This document shows positions 53,410-64,000 of a stretch of DNA of 64,000 bases, in pieces. This stretch comes from Okamejei kenojei (taxonomy: Eukaryota): the NCBI GenBank assembly GCA_035221665.1, contig CM069172.1, forward strand, positions 744,001 through 808,000. The letters run 5' to 3'. Below the pieces are notes generated by a model, which saw only the letters and a list, made by a program, of their open reading frames with translations, did not search any database and was not told the DNA's origin. Made by a program: the position numbers and the translations under genes. The first letter of the stretch is position 1, and each line of letters begins with the position of its first letter.

Positions 53410-53885
53410 CCCTCCGTACTATGCTGTCACACATTCCCCTCTCCGTACCGTCCTGTCACACACTCCCCTCTCCGTACCATCCTGTCACACATTCCCCTCT
53501 CCGTACCATCCTGTCACATTCCCCTCTCCGTACCATCCTGTCACACTCCCCTCTCCGTACCATCCTGTCACACACTCCCCTCTCCGTACCGTCCTGTCAC
53601 ACACTCCCCTCTCCGTACTATGCTGTCACACATTCCCCTCTCCGTACCATCCTGTCACATTCCCCTCTCCGTACCGTCCTGTCACACACTCCCCTCTCCG
53701 TACTATGCTGTCACACATTCCCCTCTCCGTACCATCCTGTCACATTCCCCTCTCCGTACCATCCTGTCACATTCCCCTCTCCGTACCATCCTGTCACATT
53801 CCCCTCTCCGTACCATCCTGTCACACACTCCCCTCTCCACACCATCGCGCCACACATTCCACTCTCCGCACCGTCCCATCGCACA
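53410..53885. repeat. Minisatellite, 27/29-bp unit TTCCCCTCTCCGTACCATCCTGTCACA(CA)
   Basis: Head-to-tail units with no spacers. Confidence 0.93.
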
Positions 53886-53904
53886 TTCTATCCCTCCACA
53901 CCGG

Positions 53905-54568
53905 TTATTTTTTGAACCAAAAATAAATGTAATCAATTATTTACAACATTACAATGACTATTTCCCCATCCTTATTAAGAATGTATTCCACAACCCGTGG
54001 TGCCCAGCAGTACCGGAAATCCACCAGGGAACCCGTGGACAGCATACATTCCCTCTCAAGTACCACCCAGGAAAAAGGGCAAGCAGCCAGCTCGGGCAGA
54101 CGCCTCTTCCACCTGGCGCCGTGACTCGAAGATAGTCAGCTTGGCCAGGCCCAGGAGCAACCCAACCAGGACATCTTCAGCTTTACCCTATCTCCTACGC
54201 ACGGGGTGTCGAAGGATAAGGATGGTGGGTGTGAAGTGCAGCCAGAAGGCAAGGAGCAGCCCCTTTAGATATTGGAATAGAGGCAAAACCTCACACACTC
54301 CATACGTATGTGGAACACTGACTCATCCAGCCCGCAAAAGTTGCAACATGCTTCTGATCTTTGGTCACCCGGCATGGAGGGGGAGGGTCGATCGGTGCAG
54401 TGTGGAATCTCCCTGTCGGTTTATTCCTGGGCCTGACCAAGATGGCCATTTGTGGGTCCAGGCACCGGGCACTGGAGGGTTCTGCCACAGTCGAATGCCT
54501 GTCCCTCTCCTTCTGGGCCTACATCTGTGCCCGTGTGTCCATGGAGAGGGAACACACAATGTCTGTAG
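53905..54568 (-). mobile_element. 3' fragment of a different Tx1/L1-clade family
   Basis: LLLGLAKL.I..SR C-terminal motif; A-rich end near 53907. Confidence 0.6.
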
Positions 54569-54569
54569 G

Positions 54570-55430
54570 GACTTAAAGCATACAGCATTGGGGGTTCAGT
54601 ATTAATGTGGATAGAGAACTGGCTGGCAAACAGGAAGCAAAGAGTAGGAGTAAATGGGTCCTTTTCACAATGGCAGGCAGTGACTAGTGGGGTACCGCAG
54701 GGCTCAGTGCTGGGACCCCAGCTATTTACAATATATATTAATGATCTGGATGAGGGAATTGAAGGCAATATCTCCAAGTTTGCGGATGACACTAAGCTGC
54801 GGGGCAGTGTTAGCTGTGAGGAGGATGCTAGGAGACTGCAAGGTGACTTGGATAGGCTGGGTGAGTGGGCAAATGTTTGGCAGATGCAGTATAATGTGGA
54901 TAAATGTGAGGTTATCCATTTTGGTGGCAAAAGCAGGAAAGCAGACTATTATCTAAATGGTGGCCGATTAGGAAAAGGGGAGATGCAGCGCGACCTGGGT
55001 GTCATGGTACACCAGTCATTGAAAGTAGGCATGCAGGTGCAGCAGGCAGTGAAGAAAGCAAATGGTATGTTAGCTTGCATAGCAAAAGATTTGAGTATAG
55101 GAGCAGGGAGGTTCTACTTCAGTTGTATAGGGTCTTTGTCAGACCACACCTGGAGTATTGTGTACAGTTCTGGTCTCCAAATCTGAGGAAGGACATTATT
55201 GCCATAGAGGGAGTGCAGAGAAGATTCACCAGACTGATTCCTGGGATGTCAGGACTGTCTTATGAAGAAAGATTGGATAGACTCGGTTTATACTCTCTAG
55301 AATTTAGGAGCTTGAGAGGGGATCTTATAGAAACTTACTCCAGGACAAGGGGTCACAGCTTAAGGATAAAAATCCTTTAGGACCATCTTAGTTGGACAGG
55401 CTAGATGCAGGATACTGGATTGTTCCCATA
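54570..55430 (+). mobile_element. CR1 RT fragment
   Basis: [11 protein letters not shown] and KFADDTK motifs. Confidence 0.9.
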
Positions 55431-55629
55431 TTGATGTTGGGGAGGTCCAGGACAACGCTGGGCTGCGGGGGGGGGGGGGGGGGAGGAGTGTTGTCGCTGA
55501 GGTTGACAACATTTTAATTTGATAACTTTGACGGGACTGCCAGTCTTGATTTTGTTTAGTACTCTGTATTTGTGTTTTATTGAATAAAAGCTCCTTGTTA
55601 GGGGGAAAAAAATAAAGCTCCCTTCACAC

Positions 55630-56275
55630 TGTGAGATACCCTTTATGCTCACAATTAATACTCAAAGACTAAATCCTGGAAGCAAGAGATTTCTTTATTT
55701 TACGAGTCTGCAGACCGGGTGCCTCTCCAACTCGAGACACACTGAAGCCAGGGAGATCATCCCCCTTTATACACAAAATCTTACATTCAATTTCTCCTCC
55801 GGACCTCTCTCCAATCAGGGTTGGAGGTGCACAATCTGTAGGTACAACCCACCGTACATCCCCTCGCACCTCCCACATCATACATTGCATGTTCAAACAT
55901 GTTCATGGTAATGAGCAATTTCTTGACCAGGGGTGTGTTGTAATATTCATTTATTCTATTAAGCATGCTCAGTTGCTCATGACTTGGCCCAGTTTCGCTC
56001 AACTCCTAGTGAACCCTCTCAGTTTTCCTATATCAGCACTAAAGCTAAGCTATAGTGACTAGGGTCCCATCCATCACTCCTTTCCACTGATAGGGATTTC
56101 TCTACATCACCCTCTTCTCTAGCGAGACAAAGCTATCTCTTCTTACTCAAGGCCTCAAGGATGGGTCTGGCAATTTTCAGACACTGCTGTCAGAATCTCC
56201 TCTCCAGCCCCTCTCTGTTTAAATTCTCTTTAAAACTCCTTTCTTTAATAGGGTTTAATCACTTTATCCCTCACA
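55630..56275 (-). mobile_element. Solo LTR
   Basis: TGTGAG..CTCACA ends and 4-bp TSD ACAC. Confidence 0.88.
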
Positions 56276-56599
56276 ACACTGTCCCATTACACACACACGC
56301 AAACATTTTTTAACCAAAAATAAATGTATTATTTACAAATTATATGTACAATGCAAAACAATACCAACACACCCACCACCATAATAAATAGTAAAACAAA
56401 CATTCTTAAATGCCAAATATATTTATCATTAAATAACTGTGAAGATCCCACTGCACTGTCTGTCACACACCTCCCAAATCATCGTCCTGTCACACACTCC
56501 CTTCCTCCGTCACCACTCCTCCAAATACGGGCAGGTGGGCCTAGTGTAGATGGGGCTTTTTCCATCTACTTCGACCGATAAAATAGGTCGAAGTCAGTA

Positions 56600-57800
56600 T
56601 AGATTTGTGAAGGGGAGGTCTTACTTCACAAATCCGCTGGAATTCTTCGAAGAAGTAGATAGCAGGATAGACGAAGGAGAATCAGTAGATGTTGTTTAGA
56701 TTTTCAGAAAGCCTTTGATAAAGGTGCCACGTGAGGCTGCTAATGAAGATGAGAGCCACGGTACCAAAGCAGATAGCATGGATCGCAGATGTCGAAGAGT
56801 GGCAATTTTTCTGGTTGGCTGCCAGTGACTAGCGGAGTTCCACAGGGATCAATACTGGGGCCGCTACCCTTCACGTTGTATATTAATGATTTGGACGAGG
56901 GGATTGAAGGCTTTGTGGTCAAGTTTGCGGATTATATGAAAATAGGTGAAAGGGCACGTAGTGTAGAGAAAGCAGGGACTCTGTAGAAAGACTTGGACAG
57001 GTTGGTAGATTGGGCAGAAAAATGGCAGGATAATGTAGCAAATTGTGGAGTCATGCATTTTGGTAATAGGAGTAAAAGCATAGACTATTTTCTAAACAGG
57101 GAGAGAATCCAGAAATTGGAGGCGCAAAGGGACTTGTGCGTACTGGTGCAGGATTCCCAAAAAATTGATCTGCAAGTCGAATTGGTAGCAAAGAAAGCAA
57201 ACTCAATACTAGCATTTATTTCAAGATGGCTTGTATAAAAACAGGGATGAAATGCGGAGGCTCTAACAGGCACAGGTAAGATCATGTTTGGAAAATTGTG
57301 AGCAATTTTGGGCACCATATCTGAGGAAGGATGTGCTGGCTCTGGAGAGGGTCCAGAGGAGGTTTACAAGAATGATCCCCGGAATGAGTAGGTTAACCTA
57401 TGATGAGTGTTTGTCATCACTGGGCTTGTACTCACTGGCGTTTAGAAAAACGAGGGGAGACCTCATAGAATCAAACTGAATAGTGAAAGGTTTGGATAGA
57501 GTGGGTGTGAAGAGGAATTTTCCACTAGTGGGATAATCTAGGACTAGATAGAGATCATAGCCTCAGAATTAAATAACATTCTTTTAGGAAGGAGATGAGG
57601 TTAAAATTATTTAGTCAGAGGGTGGAAACTCTGTCACAAAAGGCTGTGGAGGCCAAGCCAGTGGATATTTTTAAGGCAAAGATAGATAGATTCTTGATTA
57701 GTACAATTATCAGAGGTAATGGCAGGAGAATGGGATTAGGAAGGAGAGCCATGATTGAATGGCGATTTTGATGGGCCGAATGGTCTAATTCTATTCCTAT
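56600..57800 (+). mobile_element. Old CR1 RT and 3' fragment
   Basis: SGVPQGSILGP and ERVQRRFTRMIPG motifs. Confidence 0.82.
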
Positions 57801-57944
57801 CACGTGTCTCTCACCTACACTTTCTGTCTCCCTCTCACTCTCCTCTCTCTCCCTCCCCCTCCCCTCTCTCTCTCTCTCTCCCCCCTCTTCCCTCTTTCTC
57901 TGTCTCCCCCCTCCCTTCCCTCTTTCTCTCTCCACCACTCTCTC

Positions 57945-58150
57945 TCACACAGCTGTCGATGTGGTCGGTGAAAGTGAACGTAGAGGAAATGCTTCTTCGC
58001 CTCTATTTATACCTCGCGGAGAGAGAACGAGAGCGAGAGTGGGAGGGGGCGGGCAGCAGATGCTTCTTTGGCCAGCTGCCCGTGGGTTTGACGGCTCCAG
58101 GTGTCCAACACCGTGACGCGACGCAGCGCAACGCCCAAATTAAATCATGC
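57945..58150 (-). promoter_or_regulatory. Candidate AID promoter and first exon
   Basis: TATAAATA at 58011-58004, GC box at 58046-58053, E-boxes at 58057, 58073 and 58098. ATCGACAG at 57960-57953 followed by a possible GTGAG donor. Confidence 0.4.
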
Positions 58151-58254
58151 CGTCAACCCTGAGTGGTCAGAGCATGACACCGCACATCCTGTTTACCAGA
58201 GACTCTCTCTTCATCTCTCTCTGTATCTTTCTCTCCCTCCCTCCCACTCTTGCG

Positions 58255-60379
58255 ATACAATACATTAGGATTGTATTGATCCCAGGAGGGAAATTAATCT
58301 GCCAACAGCCATAAACAACACAAAATACATGAAACATGAAGTTAAATGGACAAGTGGAAAGGCTTTGGGGATGTGCAAAGATGGAGGAGGTGGGGGACGG
58401 GGGGACGTGGGGGGGAGTCAGTCTACCCCATGACAGAAGGGGGAGGAGTTGTAATGTTTGATGGCCACAGGGAAGAAGGATCTCCTGTGGTGCTCTGTCC
58501 TCCATCTTGTAAGAACCAGTCTGCTTCTGAGGGTACTCCTCAGGTTGACCAGTGTGTCATGGAGGGGGTGAGCTGTATTGTCCAGGATGCTCTGCAGTTT
58601 GAGGAGCATTCTCCCTTCCAAGACCAACTCCAATGATTCCATGTCCGTTCCCAGGATGGAGCCAACCTTCTTGACGAGTTTGTTGATCCTATTGGCGTCC
58701 GCAGACTTCGCCCTGCTGCCCCCAGCACATGGCTGCAAAGAAGGTGGCACTGACTCCCATCGATTAGCAGACGTTGAAGGAGCAGAGACTTCCAAAAAAG
58801 TACAGGTGGCTCTGTCCCTTCTTGTGCAGGGCCTCAGCATTCCTGGACCTGTCCAGTTTACTGTCCAGGCACTCTACCAGATATTTGTACTCCCTGGTAA
58901 ACTGCACCTTCACACCATTGATGGAAACAGGGGACAGGGGTGGTCCTAATTGCAGAGTCAGCTGAAAACCTCTGCAGGTGGCAGGAGACGAGGTTATATC
59001 TGAAGTCCGATGTGCAGATGGTACACTGGAAGGGAGAGAGGACCGTCCCCTGTGGGGCCCCTGTGTTGCTCACCACCATGTCTGAGACACAGTTCTGTAA
59101 CCTGACATATTAGGGTCGTCCAGTCAGGTACTTGGTGATCCAGGACATCAATGGAGCATCAACCTGCATCTTGGTCAGTTTGCTCCCAAGCAGTGCAGGC
59201 CTGATCGTGTTAAAAGCACTGGAGAAGTAAAAAACCATAACTCACACAATGCTTCTCCGCTTATCCAGGTGAGCATAGGAATGATTGACCATGAGGACGA
59301 TGGTGTCCTTAACGCCCATCTTTGTTTAGCAAACAGTGGGGGGTCCAGGTAGGGCTTAACCAGGGGTCGCAGGTGAGTGAGCACCAGCCTCTCCAGGGAC
59401 TTCATGATGTGTGAAGTCAGAGCCAATGGTCTGTAATCTGGAAGAGCTGGGGCATGTCCTCTCTGGTCAGGAACCAGGTGAGATGTCTTCCATATCACAG
59501 GAACCCTCAGTCTCAGGTTGAAGATATGCTGTAGTACTCCACACAACTGGCGGGTACATGCCTTGAGTGGTGACCCGTAGATTTGCCTGGGTGGAATCTG
59601 CTCTGCTCCTTCCTCACCAGCTCAGCCTTAATCGTCTGGTGCGGCAAAGAAAGGGCAGAGGAAGTGGATCAGGGGGATTGAGGGGGAGAGACTGTTGGGG
59701 AGCAGGGGGGAGGTTGGGCAGAGCCGCCACCATAAAAAGTTTATCTCGTTGACCTGGTCTTGAATGCTTTCCCTCCCCAGGCCACTGGTATCCTTGTAGT
59801 CTTCAATGTTCTTCATCCCGCTCCACACATCCCTCATATTGTTCTGCTGAAGTTTCCCCTCCAACTTCCTCCTGCAGTTGTCCTTGCCCTGTCTCATTCT
59901 GGCCTTCAGGTCTTTCTGCGCCTGTTCCACCTCCTGCCTGTCACCATACCTGAAGGCCCTCTTCTTCTGGTTGAGAAGGGTATTTATGTCACTGGTCATC
60001 CTGGACTTGTTGTTGGGGCAACAGTGTACAGTCTCCTCTGAGACGTTATCCACACAGAACTTTATGGAGCTGGTAACACAGTCCGTAAGTCCATCAATGT
60101 CCTCTCCATGGGGAGTACAAGGGCATCCCAATCTGTGTCCTCAAAACAGCCCAGTGAAGCATCATATGCCTCCTGTGACCATCTCCGTACTGACCTTGTG
60201 GACACAGGCAGCCGCTGGATGATCGTCTTAGAATAGGATAGGAGGTGAACCAGGTTGTGCTCGGATATTCCCCATGGCAGATAGGCTAAGGAGCTGTTTG
60301 CCTCATTATCATTGGCATACAGCAGGTCCAATATTTTCATATCCATGGTGGGACAGTCAACAAACTGAGTGAAAGTGGG

Positions 60380-60382
<3 letters not shown>
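58255..60382 (-). mobile_element. Rex1/Babar-like LINE, degenerate
   Basis: DYRPLALTSHIMK.LERLVL and NTGAPQGTVLSP motifs. Confidence 0.85.
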
Positions 60383-60414
<32 letters not shown>

Positions 60415-62261
60415 CCCTCCTAGTCTCCATCCCTCTCTCCTCTCTTCCTCCCTTTCTCTCTCCTTCTCTGTGTCTCCCTGTCTGCCCCGTCTCTCTCCCC
60501 TCTCCCTCCCTCTCTTTCTTGTTTTCTGTATCCTCTCCTCTCTGTCTCACCCCCCTCCACTTTCTTTTTCTCTCTCTCTCTCTTCCTTTTGGACACCCTT
60601 ATATTAAGGTTCTTGCCATTAACTTTCCTTGTCCCTTTCATTCGACTTCCCGAAGTGCAACACCTCACACACTTGTTCGGATTATACTCCATCTGCCATA
60701 ACAGAAAATTAAATGTATTAAATAAATAGACAACATAGTGCAAACACAAGGCTCAAAATCATAGTCATACAGCGTGAAAACAGGCCTTTAGGCCCGACTT
60801 GTCCATGCTGACCAACATGTCCCATCTCTATGTGGATAAAGGAACTGCAGAGATGCTGGTTTAAACTGAAGAGAGAACATGTATCATTTTTACTAGTCCC
60901 ACCTGTCTGTGATTGGCCATATCCCTCTAAACCTATCCTATCCATGTACCTGTCTAAGTGTCATTTGAACGTTGTGATAGTACGCGCCTCAGCTACCTAC
61001 TCTGGCAGCTTGTTCCTTACACCCACCAGCCTCTGTGTGAAAATGTTGTCCCTCAGGTTCCTATGCAATCTTTCCACTCTCATCTTAAACCTATGTTATC
61101 TGGTTCTTGATTCCCCTACCCTGGAGGGTAGAAAACTGTGCTTTCACCCTATTTCCCTCATGATCTTATACACGTATATACAGATGAGATCAGTTTAACT
61201 TGGCAACATGATTGGCACAGACATCGTGGGCTGAAAGGCTTGTTCCCGTGATGTACTATGTTATAACTCCTTTCTAAAGATACGTCCTTTTATTCTGAGG
61301 CTTTGCTCACTGGTCCTAGCCTCTCACCAACCAGTGGAAACATCCTCACCACATCTGCTCTATCTAGGTCATTCACTATTCAGTACGATTCAATAAGGTT
61401 CCCCGTCAACCTTCTAATCTCCTGCGACTACAAACGCAGTGCCGACAAACGCTCACTATACATTAACCCAGTCATTCCTGGGATAATTCTTATAAATTTT
61501 TTAAACATTCATGTAAATCTTTTATGCACTTTATGGATACCCCTGTAAATAAACGGAAACATGTGCATAAATGTAAGGCTATCCATTTTTGGTGGCAGAG
61601 TGGGCGGAGTGACCCACGTCGCAGCGGCCTCTGCAGTCTGTCTGTCTTTTTTTTTTCTTGTCTCGTTTGAGTTTTTTTTAACTGGGTATGTGTGGGGTGG
61701 GGAAACTTTTAAAATCTTTTCCCTGTACGGAGGACCCAACCTTTTCTCTGTCGGGTCCCCGTTGTCGTTGGGGCCGAGCACCGTGGAGCGGCCTCCAACC
61801 AGAACCATCTGGGGCTCCAGTCGCGGAGCCTGCGGACTCACCATCGTGGGGCTGGCCGAGTTCAGAATGGGAGGAGCTGTGGTGGCGCGCTGCTGTGGTC
61901 CGACCCCGGAGATTCGGAGGCTCCAGCTGCAGGCCCAGTGGACAGTAACACCGGGAGCTCACGGGTCCCTGGTGGGAGACCGCTTTTCGGAGCTTCCGCA
62001 ACGGCAACTTCTCTCGCCCGAGTTGCGGGGTTGTAAATGACCTGGAGCGGGGCCTTACATCGACCGGCGCGGCTTTAATGGACGCGGGACCTGCTAGCGC
62101 CCGCCGGGGGCTCTAACATCAAGACCCAGAGTGCGGCCTTGCATCGCCCGGCAAGGCCTTAATGGCCGCGTGACTTATTTACCATCGCCTTCCGGGGGCT
62201 TTGACTTTGACATCGGAGGTGAATGGGAAGTGCAGGAGAGAGATAAGACTTTGCCTTCCAC

Positions 62262-64000
62262 CCATCTAGGATATTAGTTTGTCCAGAGTGAGCCCCGATA
62301 TTGGTGTCCATCCTCGTAACATGGTGTACTACCTATGTCCCATATATGGGTGTATCTGGGCCTGGGGGGAATAGAGTACAAATACCCCTCATTCGTTTAG
62401 GTACTAGTGGGTGTGATCCTATAGCCAGGTGATCACTCCCTCTGCCCAGATATTAGCTAGGGCACTCCTTGCACAATAATGGCACTGTAACTCAATCCTT
62501 CATCGAAATGAAGGGTGGCCAGAACTCCAGCACTTCAGTGTTGGTGGCTGAGTCATATGTAGTGTTCGTCCTGGTGCTGAACACTTCCCATTTCCTGACA
62601 TATGTCAGGTACTGTCTTCTCGTGGACTCCCTGTACGACGCTGAGATGGCATTGATCGTCCTGTCGGAGAGTCCGTATCCCAGAAATGGCCTGTTCAGAA
62701 ACTGCAAATCAACAAGTTCATACAGTCATGGCACGGATACATTCCCGCACGGGGTGTGCCAACCTCCTTGGCCGTTGTTGATCCAGATGCAGGGTTCTGA
62801 GACCATCTTTGTACTGTTGGAAACCATGGTACCCGTTGCGGCGTCTTGTTTAATTATTGTAAGACTCGCCTGATGAGGCAGAAGGGGAAAATGCATAGCA
62901 AAACAAACCCCCCCCCCCCCAATGCAGCGAGAAATCGTCCATCGCTGCTGCCCCTGGGTCTGGTTCCCAAGCAACATATGTTGGTAGTTGGTGAATTAGT
63001 CCGGATGGAAAAAAGGTCGATATCTGGTGTCCCATACCGGTCTATAATATCTGTAAACACTTTCCGATCCAACATCCATTTAATGTTGTCGTTGAATTTA
63101 CGTGACCTGATGTCTGCCACTGTATTTAGCTTGCCTGGAAGGTAAGTGGTTGAGATCCAAATCTCTCTCCCAGACACCAGTGCCAGATATTATTAGGCAA
63201 TTCATCACATGATATCGACTTTATTTCACCCATATGATTATATATAGGCCCCCAGTGTGGTATCAATCTGTACCGTACATGCAACTGGTGCTCATCTGAG
63301 CAGTAGGCCCCGAGTCCATGAAACGCTCCCAGCATTTCTAGATAATTAATTCCTAGTGCTTTAAACAGAATAATTTTTGTGCACTCATCTGCCACCACAA
63401 CTTGCGTTGGTATTAGTTGCTCCCCAACCTTTAGCACTGGCATCAGTCTGTAATGTACCCTAGGGATATAGAATGGGGTGATTGGGTTAGGATAATATGG
63501 AACATTTCTATCCACCAGTTTAATTCTAATTACTTTCCCTGGTAGTTGCATAGGCCTATTGAAATGGCCTGTATGATTTTTGAGAGCTAAAATTTCCCTC
63601 TTCCAGGTTTTAATAATGGAGTGGTCCAATTGTGCTGCTGGGAACGCAGCCACCAATTCCCAATCACTCTTGCTCCTTGCCGAATGGATGGTTCCCTGAT
63701 GCCAGTGAGGCTTTTGCATACTCCCATCAAGTCTGTCACTTTGTTTGGTGGCAAGGTGATAGACATATGAACAGAGTCAATAGTGAACCCCAAATAATCC
63801 ATGGTAGTGGAGGGTTCCAATTTTGATTTATCTGGATGTACGTTAAACCTCTCTGTTGTGGCTGATACCACCAATGTAGCCAGCTCCAATTTTCACCTAC
63901 AATGAGAATATCATCAAGGTAAGCCATGACGATATGGTTATGTTTCTTTAAGTATGCTAAAGCTGGTTTTAATAAATTTGTAATAGCCTGGGTGCTGATG
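62262..64000 (-). mobile_element. DIRS-type (tyrosine recombinase) retrotransposon remnant; runs off the window
   Basis: RT YLDD, RNase H (YLPGKLNTVAD..SR), DIDLF..N methyltransferase-like remnant, and STRRQY..W recombinase N-terminus. Confidence 0.8.

Noticed and set aside
53410-53885. CRISPR-like array
   Set aside because: Head-to-tail minisatellite with no unique spacers, in a eukaryotic context.

Overview
Vertebrate (eukaryotic) DNA. The repeat content suggests a cartilaginous fish, probably a skate or ray (inference). The window is mostly transposon-derived: L1, Mag-type Gypsy, CR1, Rex1, Penelope-like, Passport-like Tc1, DIRS, hAT and solo LTRs. There are four N gaps. Two host loci are visible. 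(1) A rearranged replication-dependent histone locus: H4+H3 pairs at 7.6-9.5 kb (+) and 27.4-28.9 kb (-), plus an orphan H4 promoter at about 24.3-24.6 kb. (2) A spliced AICDA (AID) gene on the - strand with coding exons 47742-47324, 45613-45498 and 43006-42953. It is colinear with human AID but has exons 2 and 3 fused, and is preceded by degenerate copies of its own exon-2 start. The most unusual signals are: a Tx1/Keno-like retrotransposon family carrying U2 snRNA nt 1-54 as a 5' head at non-U2 sites, with one copy extended into a U1-U1-U2-LINE chimera; an H4 promoter fused to Tx1 ORF2; and a full-length H3 whose tail residues 20-32 are rewritten by compensating frameshifts.
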